IMG/VR virus record: IMGVR_UViG_3300038701_002504
Span: 19,235 to 83,234 of that record
Length of the DNA stretch: 64,000 nucleotides
Reading direction: 5' to 3' (one strand)
From: a virus
Shown: positions 18,123-27,531 of the stretch, piece after piece
Position numbering within the stretch: position 1 is the first letter of the stretch
How the letters are laid out: each line of letters opens with the position of its first letter
Translations under genes and position numbers: made by a program
Notes under the pieces: generated by a model
The model's input: only the letters and a program-made list of their open reading frames with translations
Databases searched by the model: none
Told to the model about the DNA's origin: nothing

Positions 18123-18823
18123 AAAAAATTTCGAATATCCTTGATGGTTACTTCTTTTCCGCTATCTAATTTGAATGTATACTGGATAGATGGCATAGTT
18201 TCCATAAACTTATAAAGCTTAGTTGAAATACCACTCAGAGAACCTACGAAAGTTTCAAGTTCTTCACGTGTAGTATCATCTCCAATTGTGTATACTTTGT
18301 CGGAGTCATATATGGATTCAATACAATCAAGTATTGAATCGTATGTGACTTCGGCTTTTTTCGTTTCATCAGAATTACTTAGCTTTTCCTGATATGATAG
18401 GATTTTATCAAATGTAAGATCCTTCATGATGAAACCAACCTCAGCATTAATTTCAATCTTATATTCATGATCTTCTGGAAATGTTACATCGATTTTCTCA
18501 AGATCGATTTCGAGTTTTTTCTTTTCTTTGGTTTCTTCATCAACATAATCAATTTCAACAATTTCACCTGAAGACTTAGCACGAATTTTAAGTAAAAGAT
18601 TTTCAACATCATATGATGCAAGTTTTGAAATGGATACATCAGGATCAAGAATACAACCCTGTAAAACTTTTCTAATATTTGTGTTGATAAAAACTGGGTC
18701 AGTTGATTGAGAAACCATCATCAAAATCTTTTCTTCTCCAACTGTATATGGTCTGTATTCAACCTTTTTCTTTACCGAATGTAAATGAATTGTGTAGGAT
18801 GGTTGTTTTACGATAGGTAGCAT
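18119..18823 (-). CDS. gp26: Baseplate hub subunit (gp26-like)
   Basis: YRPYTVGEEKIL, DVENLLLKIRAKSSGE. Confidence 0.85.
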   Translation of the reverse strand: MLPIVKQPSYTIHLHSVKKKVEYRPYTVGEEKILMMVSQSTDPVFINTNIRKVLQGCILDPDVSISKLASYDVENLLLKIRAKSSGEIVEIDYVDEETKEKKKLEIDLEKIDVTFPEDHEYKIEINAEVGFIMKDLTFDKILSYQEKLSNSDETKKAEVTYDSILDCIESIYDSDKVYTIGDDTTREELETFVGSLSGISTKLYKFMETMPSIQYTFKLDSGKEVTIKDIRNFL

Positions 18824-18832
18824 AATATCTCC

Positions 18833-19483
18833 TTATGTTATAATAGAATTTGTAATTTCAATCGCGTCAGTCACTGATAGCGAGTTATCCAGTGATGTGT
18901 TTTTTTCTGTAGTAGTATTTATTGTCTCTTCGGTAGAGAATGATCTATATGCAAATGTGACAGGTAAACGAGCAATCGCATCATTATTTTCCCAGCCCAA
19001 TGTAATACTTCCCATATTCAAAGGAAAAACCTTTTCCATATTATATGTTATCACTTTCCCATCAGCAATATTTTTAATTGTAATTTCCATTGTTCCATAA
19101 TATTCTTCTGGGTAATTGAATGATTCCAGAGACATTCCATTTACCTTTTCTCTACTGTGATTGGGATCAAATGAATAAACCATTTGTACCCATTTCTGGA
19201 AGAAACCCAGTATCACATTTGAGTTATCAATGAAGAAGGTAGCAGTGATATCATCCATTTCCATTGATGTAGGTCTTTTTTCAATAAGACCATATCCCTT
19301 ATGTTTGATTTGTTCAGATGCGAACTGAACTCCAGGTATATTGACTGTATCACACAGAAATGGAATATCACGCGATATTGAAATAAGCTGTGATGGCGGC
19401 GTGATTTGAACTGTAAAGCGATTAAGTGTGGCCAGACCATCTAATTTATTGATTGTAGACATGATGTCAACGATTCGGGACAT
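18833..19483 (-). CDS. Tail-tube-fold protein (gp54-like tube initiator)
   Basis: NRFTVQI, LCDTVNIPG, FFQKWVQ, LPVTFAYR; gp19/gp54-type pattern. Confidence 0.65.
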   Translation of the reverse strand: MSRIVDIMSTINKLDGLATLNRFTVQITPPSQLISISRDIPFLCDTVNIPGVQFASEQIKHKGYGLIEKRPTSMEMDDITATFFIDNSNVILGFFQKWVQMVYSFDPNHSREKVNGMSLESFNYPEEYYGTMEITIKNIADGKVITYNMEKVFPLNMGSITLGWENNDAIARLPVTFAYRSFSTEETINTTTEKNTSLDNSLSVTDAIEITNSIIT

Positions 19484-19495
19484 TGTTCCTCTTTT

Positions 19496-19503
19496 TATAA
19501 ATA
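19496..19503 (+). promoter_or_regulatory. Late promoter TATAAATA for the ART-like/gp4/gp2 operon
   Basis: Exact consensus 34 nt upstream of 19538. Confidence 0.75.
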
Positions 19504-19520
19504 ATAAGAATTCTTAATTA

Positions 19521-19528
19521 TATTTATA
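19521..19528 (-). promoter_or_regulatory. Late promoter TATAAATA for the gp54/gp26/gp51 operon
   Basis: TATTTATA on the + strand. Confidence 0.7.
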
Positions 19529-19537
19529 AGGAAAAAG

Positions 19538-20164
19538 ATGAACAGTTTTAAACAATTTCTCGAAGAAGGTAGAGATGCTCCTTTATATCATGGGACTGAT
19601 ACTCATGCTGCAATTCAAATCATTGATGCCGATACACTCGAAGGAAGAACCGACAACCATTCAAGACTCGAGCCTTTAAATTCATGGGGCGAAAAGAAAA
19701 AAGAGTTAGTTGTAAATGTGAATCATTTCAAACCAAAAAAATATACAAAATTTAACGGTTCGTCTTTTTCTCGCGATATGAGGAGATCATTGCATTGGAG
19801 AGGCGGAGGACTGTGTTTTGAAGTAGATCAGAGAAAACTATCTCAAAGACATAAGTTAGTTCCTATCAACATCTTTATGGCTATGGGTTATAATAAACAT
19901 GCGAAGGACGAAGAACTTGCAGAAGAATTTGTGATTGGAGATATTAAAAACTTTAGACGATATATAACAAGAATCATATTTCTAAAAGAATGGGATTTAT
20001 CCACATTTTTATTAAATGCTCAATTCTCTTTAAACCCAGACAAACTTCTGGGTTTCAGATATTTTCTATATTCAGAAAAGAAAACATATGATGTAAAATC
20101 GAAAAAGGATTTTATTAATATGTTGAAAGATTTGAAAATTTATGAAAAGATTATGAATGGCTAA
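19538..20164 (+). CDS. EGRDAPLYH-family paralogue 1 (putative capsid-targeted ART-like protein)
   Basis: MNSFKQFLEEGRDAPLYHGT; SSFSRD; FEVDQRKL; LAEEFV. Confidence 0.65.
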   Translation: MNSFKQFLEEGRDAPLYHGTDTHAAIQIIDADTLEGRTDNHSRLEPLNSWGEKKKELVVNVNHFKPKKYTKFNGSSFSRDMRRSLHWRGGGLCFEVDQRKLSQRHKLVPINIFMAMGYNKHAKDEELAEEFVIGDIKNFRRYITRIIFLKEWDLSTFLLNAQFSLNPDKLLGFRYFLYSEKKTYDVKSKKDFINMLKDLKIYEKIMNG

Positions 20165-20609
20165 GTATAAACAAGGCGTCTTCAAACCGCTTAGACCAGA
20201 AAAATATAAGGGAGACCTTAAGAAGAACCCACCGGTGTATCGCTCAAGCTGGGAATTAAAGCTTATGGTCAAATTGGACAATCACCCTGACGTGATCCAG
20301 TGGTCATCAGAAGGTATCGTAATTCCCTATAAGTCTCCAATCGATAATAAGTATCATAGATATTTTGTGGATTTCTATGTTAAGTTAAAAGATAAAGATG
20401 GAAATATACAGGAAATGATTATTGAAGTTAAACCATTGGGCCAAGTTATGGAACCAAAAAGAAGAAAGAATCAACAGGATAGAACTTTTCTACGTGAAGT
20501 AATGACCTGGGGAGTGAACCAAGCAAAATGGGATGCTGCTCGCGCTGCTGCAAAAAATAAAGGATGGAAATTTGAAATATTCACAGAGGATGATCTTAAT
20601 GTCCTTTAA
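20157..20609 (+). CDS. gp4: Head completion nuclease (gp4-like)
   Basis: YKQGVFKP, YRSSWE, WSSE, HRYFVDF, IIEVKP, NQAKW. Confidence 0.9.
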   Translation: MAKYKQGVFKPLRPEKYKGDLKKNPPVYRSSWELKLMVKLDNHPDVIQWSSEGIVIPYKSPIDNKYHRYFVDFYVKLKDKDGNIQEMIIEVKPLGQVMEPKRRKNQQDRTFLREVMTWGVNQAKWDAARAAAKNKGWKFEIFTEDDLNVL

Positions 20610-21129
20610 ACAATTCCTAGAAGAAGGTAGAGATGCTCCTTTATATCATGTTACTCCATTGGATAACTTTTTTGATATAGCTATGTCAAATAGACTAAAT
20701 GCAAGTAATTTATGGACATATGGAGCTAAACCCACAGTATCATTTACTCGTAATTATAAATTTTGTTTCGAATTTGCCAGACAACATCTGGATACTGGAA
20801 CAGGCCAATTGAGAGATACGAAAGATATCGCAATACTTGAAATCGATCAAAGAAGACTTTCACAGAGATATAAGATTATTCCTTATAGAGATTTAATTAA
20901 TTTGGGTGATGGATCAAGACTACATTATAATGAATTTGAAGAATATATTCAGGGAGATGTGAAGAATGTAAGCGACTATATTATAAAAACTCATATACCC
21001 GCAAGAGAATATTGGCATTCAAACGATGTTGCGTTATCGTATAAAAAGAAATACAGGAGATTTATATCATTAGTAATGGACTTTAAACCCTGGGATACTA
21101 AATCAAGAAAGTTTATTGATGCCATATAG
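20599..21129 (+). CDS. EGRDAPLYH-family paralogue 2
   Basis: MSFKQFLEEGRDAPLYHVT; VSFTRN; LEIDQRRL; EFEEYI. Confidence 0.65.
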   Translation: MSFKQFLEEGRDAPLYHVTPLDNFFDIAMSNRLNASNLWTYGAKPTVSFTRNYKFCFEFARQHLDTGTGQLRDTKDIAILEIDQRRLSQRYKIIPYRDLINLGDGSRLHYNEFEEYIQGDVKNVSDYIIKTHIPAREYWHSNDVALSYKKKYRRFISLVMDFKPWDTKSRKFIDAI

Positions 21130-21628
21130 TTTCAAACAATTTCTTGAAGAGGGACGAGACGCTCCGTTATATCATAGCACTGCTTATCGTTCAGGTTGTA
21201 TCATCTTTGAAGATAATGAAATACGCGCGAGAACATATCATATCAAAAAGTCCATGTTAGATGATAAAGCAAAAATAAAAAAAGCGTTCTCCAAGCGTGT
21301 TTTTGGTGGCTCTGATGAATATGTTGATGGTGTTGCAGGTGTTTCACTAACTCGTAATTTTAAGTTTGCAAAATCCTGGGGTGATATAATATTTGAAGTA
21401 GATCAGAAAAGATTAACTCAAAGATATAAGATTATTCCATTTAACTATTTTGTTGACCAGAGCAGTAAACCCGCAAATTTTAGAAAAGAAGCAGAAGAAT
21501 TTGTAATTGGCAACATATTTCCTTTAAATAAATATCTTATAAAAATACATATAAGCGTTGATTATATGTCTGAATTTGAAGAACGATATGGAAATAAACT
21601 TAAAGGAATTGAAGTTGTTGGGGTTTAA
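21119..21628 (+). CDS. EGRDAPLYH-family paralogue 3
   Basis: MPYSFKQFLEEGRDAPLYHST; VSLTRN; FEVDQKRL; EAEEFV. Confidence 0.65.
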   Translation: MPYSFKQFLEEGRDAPLYHSTAYRSGCIIFEDNEIRARTYHIKKSMLDDKAKIKKAFSKRVFGGSDEYVDGVAGVSLTRNFKFAKSWGDIIFEVDQKRLTQRYKIIPFNYFVDQSSKPANFRKEAEEFVIGNIFPLNKYLIKIHISVDYMSEFEERYGNKLKGIEVVGV

Positions 21629-22121
21629 AGAATATTTATTAGAAGGACGAGATGCTCCTTTGTTTCATGGTTCGTCATCAGGCAATGTAAACAACATGCT
21701 TGAAGAGAATATGATATCCTCGGAAACACTCCAGAAGATTGACGGAAAAAACCTAAAAGGTGTATCTCTTACAAGATCATATAAATTTGCATTAACTCAT
21801 ATTGGTCCAGCTTCATTTAAGCATGGCTATGACGTAATACTTGAATTAGATCAAAGACTTCTTTCTCAGAACTATAAGATTATTCCTTTTAATTGGTCTC
21901 CATCGTGGAAAGGCCCGCCTAAAGCAAGATATATGGATGATCTAGGTTCAGAGTTTGAAGAATTTGTGGTCGGTCCTATTCGTAATTTGAATAAGTATAT
22001 TGTTAAAATACACGCATCACACGAAATCTATTATAATGCTTCACAGGAAACAAAAGATAGATCTTCATTTTTATTGAAACATCCTAAACTCTTTATTGAT
22101 AGAAAGTTTGTCAATGCTTAA
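21615..22121 (+). CDS. EGRDAPLYH-family paralogue 4 (TTG start inferred)
   Basis: GFKEYLLEGRDAPLFHGS; VSLTRS; LELDQRLL; EFEEFV; AAAGGA RBS at 21602. Confidence 0.62.
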   Translation: MLGFKEYLLEGRDAPLFHGSSSGNVNNMLEENMISSETLQKIDGKNLKGVSLTRSYKFALTHIGPASFKHGYDVILELDQRLLSQNYKIIPFNWSPSWKGPPKARYMDDLGSEFEEFVVGPIRNLNKYIVKIHASHEIYYNASQETKDRSSFLLKHPKLFIDRKFVNA

Positions 22122-22650
22122 TTTCAAACAATACTTGGAAGAAGGTAGAGATGCTCCTTTATATCATGCAACTGAGTACAGAGCTCTTTTGAATATTCTT
22201 ATAACGAATAAATTGGAAGCCCTGAATTATCATGAGTTTAATAGTAAAATAAAAAAGAAACATAGAAATTCCTGGGGTGATGTGAAGATTATATCATTTA
22301 CACGAAACATAAGATTTGCTAGAGCTTGGTTAAATCAATTAATGGGTTATGGACCTATACTTGAACTAGATCAGAGAAAACTTGCGCAGAGATATAAATT
22401 TGTTCCATTTAACTTTTTTTCCTATGGTGCTAGAGTCGACACCGATGAACTTGGTATAGACTATGATGGCGATTATGGTATGAATTTCCCATATAATCAA
22501 TTTGAGGAAAATGTGATAGGTGATATTAAGAACCTCGATAAATATTTAACTAAAATAATAGTTGTAGATGATAGATGGAAATCCGATAAAATAATATCGT
22601 CACATCCTCTTTTATATGATCTAAAAACGAAAAGGTTTATCAATGCTTAA
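22114..22650 (+). CDS. EGRDAPLYH-family paralogue 5 (QxE subtype)
   Basis: MLNFKQYLEEGRDAPLYHAT; ISFTRN; LELDQRKL; QFEENV. Confidence 0.65.
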   Translation: MLNFKQYLEEGRDAPLYHATEYRALLNILITNKLEALNYHEFNSKIKKKHRNSWGDVKIISFTRNIRFARAWLNQLMGYGPILELDQRKLAQRYKFVPFNFFSYGARVDTDELGIDYDGDYGMNFPYNQFEENVIGDIKNLDKYLTKIIVVDDRWKSDKIISSHPLLYDLKTKRFINA

Positions 22651-23149
22651 TTTTAAACAATTCCTAGAAGAAGGTAGAGATGCTCCTTTATATCACGGGA
22701 CTGATGCAACACTTAAAATTCTTGAGACAAATACATTGAAAGGTACACGCAGCCATTCATATCAGAGCCTGATGATTGATAAGGATGGAGAAGCAAAAGG
22801 AGTTTCTCTTACAAGAAACATAAAAGTAGCTTCACAGTTTCAAAAATGGGCTGATCACAGCAATTATGCAATCTTTGAGTTGGATCAGAAGAAACTTGCT
22901 CAGAATCATAAAATCATTCCTGTAAACTTCTGGGGAGCTCTGAAAGGTGAGCCCGCAAGATCAAAATCAATTCCAAAAGATGAAGTGGGTTCTGAATATG
23001 AAGAATTTGTGATGGGTGATATTAAGAACCTCGATAAATATATCATAAGAATATTCATTTTTAGTAAGAAGAGTAAGTTGTATGGAAAGCCGAATGTTCT
23101 TCTTGTAAAGAAGAACGATCTCATACTTGGAAAGCATAGAAGAAGATGA
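22643..23149 (+). CDS. EGRDAPLYH-family paralogue 6
   Basis: MLNFKQFLEEGRDAPLYHGT; VSLTRN; FELDQKKL; EYEEFV. Confidence 0.65.
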   Translation: MLNFKQFLEEGRDAPLYHGTDATLKILETNTLKGTRSHSYQSLMIDKDGEAKGVSLTRNIKVASQFQKWADHSNYAIFELDQKKLAQNHKIIPVNFWGALKGEPARSKSIPKDEVGSEYEEFVMGDIKNLDKYIIRIFIFSKKSKLYGKPNVLLVKKNDLILGKHRRR

Positions 23150-23703
23150 ACAGTTTTAAGCAATATTTGGAAGAAGGTCGAGCTGGGCCTCTGTATCATG
23201 CTACGAATGTCGATAGAGCTTCGTTTATTGTGGGTGATAATAAAATAATGGCTAAAACGATACATAAGTTAAAGCCAGATTATAGAACAATAAATGGTGT
23301 TTCTCTTACACGCGATTATAAATTTGCGATACATTTCGGTTTTCATGAAATGAGATATTTTACTCTTGTTATATTTGAACTTGATCAAGCAAAACTTTCT
23401 CAAAAATTTAAAATAATGCCAATCAATTATTATAACACAACATTTCCAATAGAACAAGGGTTTAGACCATATAAAGGTGCTAGAAGATCTCAAGGTCGTC
23501 ACCTGCTGGGTGATGAGAACAATGAATCGGAAGAGTTTGTGCTAGGTAATATAAAAGATGTATCAAAATATATTGTAAAAATTCATGTATGTTCTGACTT
23601 AACAAAGGAAAGAATAGATGAACATTATCCAAGACTGGCGAAACATCCTAAACTTTGGTTTGCTGAAAAGAATAACGAAAAAGGTTATTTCTACAATGCT
23701 TAA
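23146..23703 (+). CDS. EGRDAPLYH-family paralogue 7
   Basis: MNSFKQYLEEGRAGPLYHAT; VSLTRD; FELDQAKL; ESEEFV. Confidence 0.65.
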   Translation: MNSFKQYLEEGRAGPLYHATNVDRASFIVGDNKIMAKTIHKLKPDYRTINGVSLTRDYKFAIHFGFHEMRYFTLVIFELDQAKLSQKFKIMPINYYNTTFPIEQGFRPYKGARRSQGRHLLGDENNESEEFVLGNIKDVSKYIVKIHVCSDLTKERIDEHYPRLAKHPKLWFAEKNNEKGYFYNA

Positions 23704-24283
23704 TTTCAAACAATACTTGGAAGAAGGACGAGATGCTCCACTTTATCATACTACAGATGAATCTTATATGCGCTACATCATCGAAAAAAATTCAATAAAA
23801 GCGAAAACAGAACATCAAGTTGGTTATAGACCTGGTAATAGATCAGGTAATAAATGGAAAGATGTGATATCTCTTACACGTTCTATAAAATTTGCTCATC
23901 GTTGGGGAGAAAGAAAAGGTTCTGGTTATTATTTTATATTTGAACTAGATCAGAGAAAACTTTCTCAGAGACATAAATTTGTTCCCTATAACCATTTTGG
24001 CGATCATTATTATAATGACGAAAAAGGTGCAGCTCGTAGAATGAATGATGTTACTGATTTTAATTTTCCTATTAATCAATATGAGGAGAATATTATTGGA
24101 GATATCAAAAATTTAAATCAATATTTAACTAAAATAATATTATCCGAAAAATTATATAATGGATATTTTTCAGAAAAAAATTCAGATAGACAAGATGCAG
24201 TTATTAAATATGGAAAAGAAGTAGTGTATCATAAACTGTTATGGTATAATGGAAAATTCATCAATGCTCATTATTATAAGTAG
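23696..24283 (+). CDS. EGRDAPLYH-family paralogue 8 (QxE subtype)
   Basis: MLNFKQYLEEGRDAPLYHTT; ISLTRS; FELDQRKL; QYEENI. Confidence 0.65.
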   Translation: MLNFKQYLEEGRDAPLYHTTDESYMRYIIEKNSIKAKTEHQVGYRPGNRSGNKWKDVISLTRSIKFAHRWGERKGSGYYFIFELDQRKLSQRHKFVPYNHFGDHYYNDEKGAARRMNDVTDFNFPINQYEENIIGDIKNLNQYLTKIILSEKLYNGYFSEKNSDRQDAVIKYGKEVVYHKLLWYNGKFINAHYYK

Positions 24284-24289
24284 GAATCA

Positions 24290-24754
24290 ATGAATAACTT
24301 TAAACAATTCTTAGAAGAAGGTCGCGATGCTCCTTTATATCATGGAACATATGCTGAAGCAGCTGATGAAATTATAAAAGATAACACTATGATAGCCTAT
24401 ACAAATCACGGAAGAAAAGTAACTTCATTTTCTTATTATTCAAAAAATTTTAGAGGTAAAGTTGAGCAGGATGGCATATCTCTTACGCGTGATATTCGCT
24501 TTGCATGGTCGTGGAATGGACAAGTAGTATTTGAACTTGACCAAAGAAAGCTTGCGCAAACTCATAAGATTGTTCCCATTAAGATAGAAGGTGTTTTAAG
24601 AGGAAAAAATCGAAATGCTTTTATGCATATGGCAGAAGAATTTGTAATCGGACCTATTAAAAACTTTGATAAATACTTAATAAGAATTCATTTAAAAAAA
24701 GAATGGACTTATCCAGAATCTTTATTAAAACATCCTCTAATTAAGTGGCATTAA
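24290..24754 (+). CDS. EGRDAPLYH-family paralogue 9
   Basis: MNNFKQFLEEGRDAPLYHGT; ISLTRD; FELDQRKL; MAEEFV. Confidence 0.65.
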   Translation: MNNFKQFLEEGRDAPLYHGTYAEAADEIIKDNTMIAYTNHGRKVTSFSYYSKNFRGKVEQDGISLTRDIRFAWSWNGQVVFELDQRKLAQTHKIVPIKIEGVLRGKNRNAFMHMAEEFVIGPIKNFDKYLIRIHLKKEWTYPESLLKHPLIKWH

Positions 24755-25365
24755 TGACATCATTACTCTTTACAAAAGTATTAGAAAAAGCAGCAAGATC
24801 AGGAAACCCGAAATTCGGATCTGTTGAATTGCGAGATTTCCTGCGTGATAAAGCTTTGGCAGCTACATCTCGTAATGTGAGCAGTAAAAGATTCGTTGAG
24901 ACAAAGAAAGCAAAAGCAAATGTAGTCACAACAATCAAACCTGGAACAATGGTTTGTTATTTCTATGATGCGAAACATAAAGCTACATTACCATATTATG
25001 ATAAATTTCCAGTTGGATTTGTTATTGATGTTCAAAAAGATTATAATTTATTCTTAAATCTGCATTACTTACCGCCGATTTTTAGAGCTAGATTAATGGA
25101 TGCATTATACGATTTATTAAATAATCAAAAATATGACGACACTACAAAGCTTAAAATGTCATATGACATTTTAAGAAGTGCTGCTAAATTTAAATATTTT
25201 AAACCGTGTATAAAAAAACATTTACATAATCGAATACAAAGTCATATGATTCAAATAGATGTAAGAGAGTGGGATTATGTGGCATTTTTACCTTTAAATC
25301 GTTTTTCTGGTGCAAATCAAAGAAAAGTGTGGGATGACTCAATTAAGATCATTAATAAGTCTTGA
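24754..25365 (+). CDS. gp2: DNA end protector (gp2-like)
   Basis: PGTMVCYFYDAKHKATLPYYDKFP, LNLHYLPP, KPCIKKHL; TAATG coupling. Confidence 0.9.
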   Translation: MTSLLFTKVLEKAARSGNPKFGSVELRDFLRDKALAATSRNVSSKRFVETKKAKANVVTTIKPGTMVCYFYDAKHKATLPYYDKFPVGFVIDVQKDYNLFLNLHYLPPIFRARLMDALYDLLNNQKYDDTTKLKMSYDILRSAAKFKYFKPCIKKHLHNRIQSHMIQIDVREWDYVAFLPLNRFSGANQRKVWDDSIKIINKS

Positions 25366-26094
25366 TTTACACTTATCAAAATGCCATCTTAACATGATCC
25401 GACCACCTGATTTTAAACAATGTGGACATGTGTATGTTTTATTATGTGTTTCTGCTATAGCTTTCTTATGTTCAAATGTTTTAGGAACATTCTTAAGCTT
25501 TTTGCTAACTTTAATAGCATGTTCAGGTCTTTTCTTTCCATAAAATGGGTTTTTGTCCCCAGATTTTGATTCCGATAGTTTAAGTTTAGTTTTATCGCTA
25601 TGCTTTTTTCCATAAAAACCGTTTAAATTACCTATTTTCTTTTTGCCAGCTTTTGATAATTTTTCTTTTGTTTCATCATATAATATCCATCCTTTAACCC
25701 AATCATCCCCTGGACATTCTAAAGAAAGAGTATTTTTAACACCATTATTCCATCTTGATAAATCATTTATGTCTATACTATGAGAAGATGTTATATTTAA
25801 AAATTTTTTCCACATATTATATTTCCGTATCTTCTTTAAAAAATTATGCTCCCATAATTGAGCAGATTTAGCATCTTCAAACGTTTTTCTTATTTGTATA
25901 ATATCAGGCTCACCATATTTTTCTCTAAACATTTTCACATGTTTAGAGGAAGTAAAATATGTTTTCCATAAATCATCTGGGTGACATCCGCTATCATATA
26001 ATGAGCAAAATCTTTTAGCAGTTCTAACACCATAGTAAAATTTTTGGTGTTCGCTCCAGCCTATAAGATAAGTATAAGGTGTATAAATAGACAT
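25339..26094 (-). mobile_element. Free-standing GIY-YIG-like homing endonuclease with NUMOD3-type repeats
   Basis: YTYLIGW...FYYGVR...YFTSS N-domain; GKKHSDKTKLKLSESKSG and GKKRPEH repeats; Zn-knuckle CPHC...HFDKC. Confidence 0.7.
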
Positions 26095-26125
26095 ATCATA
26101 TTTCTCCTTCTTATAATGTATATAA

Positions 26126-26160
26126 TATTTATGATATTATGAAGAAAAGGATAATAAATA
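26126..26160. promoter_or_regulatory. Pair of late-promoter variants (CATAAATA on minus at 26126-26133; AATAAATA on plus at 26153-26160)
   Basis: Between the endonuclease and gp48, one on each strand. Confidence 0.5.
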
Positions 26161-26176
26161 TCATAAAAGGACTTAA

Positions 26177-26986
26177 ATGGTAGCTTCAAATAACCCAAAT
26201 GAAACATCAGGATCAGCAAACGCTAGAGTTTCAAACCTCTCATTTCCAGTGGGAGAGATGTTAACAAAACGAACTGTTCTGCGATTTGAACAATACAATA
26301 GAGAAACACCAAGCAGTTCTATCAACTCCAACACAACCGCCATCATAAATTTACCTATGCCGATGCAAATTCCTGATAATATGTCAATGAAATCCGGTGC
26401 TGTTGATATGGACTTTACTGAAAACGTTGGCGCATTATATGAAGCAGCATCAGGAACTTCTGTTGCAGACTTAAAAGCCAAAATTGGTGGCGTATTTAAT
26501 GGAAATACGAACAAAAATTTAGCTCGTGCTGCTGCTCTTGTTCCTGCAATTGTGAGTGATGACCGTAGAACTGCTGCTTCAATCGTCGGCGGTGTGGTGA
26601 AAAATCCTCACACAACCGCGTTCTTTGATGGTGTAAACCTACGTGGCTATTTTCTCAACTGGAGATTTTCTCCAAGATCACAACAAGAATCAGATGAACT
26701 AAAGAGAATTATTGATACAATCAGAGAAAGAATTCACCCTGCCGAAACATTGGGCGGTTATGCATTGGATTATCCTGATCTTGTATATGTTGATTTTGAA
26801 GGCGAGTCAAAAGAATATTTACCTAAATTCTATCGTTCATTCATCAGTGAAGTTACAGTAAATAGTTCTGTTGGCGAAGGTATGGCATTTTATAAATCAG
26901 GCGCTCCAATTGTTGTGGAACTTGGTTTACGTCTGAACGAAACAAACATCGTTACTCGTGACGTTCTTTCAAGAGGAAGTTTCTAA
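26177..26986 (+). CDS. gp48: Baseplate tail-tube cap (gp48-like)
   Basis: NPHTTAFFDGVNLRGYFLNWRFSPRSQQES. Confidence 0.8.
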   Translation: MVASNNPNETSGSANARVSNLSFPVGEMLTKRTVLRFEQYNRETPSSSINSNTTAIINLPMPMQIPDNMSMKSGAVDMDFTENVGALYEAASGTSVADLKAKIGGVFNGNTNKNLARAAALVPAIVSDDRRTAASIVGGVVKNPHTTAFFDGVNLRGYFLNWRFSPRSQQESDELKRIIDTIRERIHPAETLGGYALDYPDLVYVDFEGESKEYLPKFYRSFISEVTVNSSVGEGMAFYKSGAPIVVELGLRLNETNIVTRDVLSRGSF

Positions 26987-27531
26987 TGGATATCTTTAAA
27001 TTTTTCCCACAGATCACATATAATGGAAAGTCTTCTCGTAATATTATTTCAAAGTCTGCGTTTGTGAAGAATGTTCTGGAAAGATATAAGATCTATTACC
27101 CATACACAATCAAAGATGGTGAAAGACCGGATACAATTGCATTTGACTATTACGGACAGTCATCCTATGAATGGCTGGTGTGTTATCCCAACAACATTAT
27201 AGACATTCATTCAGACTGGCCGAAGTCCTATGCCGAGTTCTACAGGTATCTGAACACTTCATATGGTGATATCAATACCACTAAAACAACAGTACACCAT
27301 TACAAATATACAGGAATTAACGATACTCCAGCTTCTGAAATTGCGAGAAAGACATGGTTTATCACTCCATATTCATGGTCTAAACTCTCTACTGAAGAAA
27401 AAACTGGTTGGGAAGCTGTATATCTATATGACTATGAAATGGAATTAAATGAAAGAAAGAGAAATATAAAGCTTCTTTCAAATGAGTATCTTCCACAGAT
27501 CAATCGTGAAGTGAGAGAATTGTACTCGTAA
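26986..27531 (+). CDS. gp53: Baseplate wedge subunit (gp53-like)
   Basis: FKFFPQITY, IKDGERPDTIAFDYYG, WP, ELNERKRNIKLL. Confidence 0.85.
   Translation: MDIFKFFPQITYNGKSSRNIISKSAFVKNVLERYKIYYPYTIKDGERPDTIAFDYYGQSSYEWLVCYPNNIIDIHSDWPKSYAEFYRYLNTSYGDINTTKTTVHHYKYTGINDTPASEIARKTWFITPYSWSKLSTEEKTGWEAVYLYDYEMELNERKRNIKLLSNEYLPQINREVRELYS

Noticed and set aside
20533-23695. 5' extensions given by the ORF track for paralogues 2, 4, 5 and 8
   Set aside because: The extensions overlap upstream genes by 25-85 nt; alignment with the family places the starts at 20599, ~21615, 22114 and 23696.
19562-24344. Recurrent 29-31-nt repeats as a CRISPR array
   Set aside because: Copies are about 500-1500 nt apart, in frame within coding N-termini and not palindromic; no cas genes in the window.
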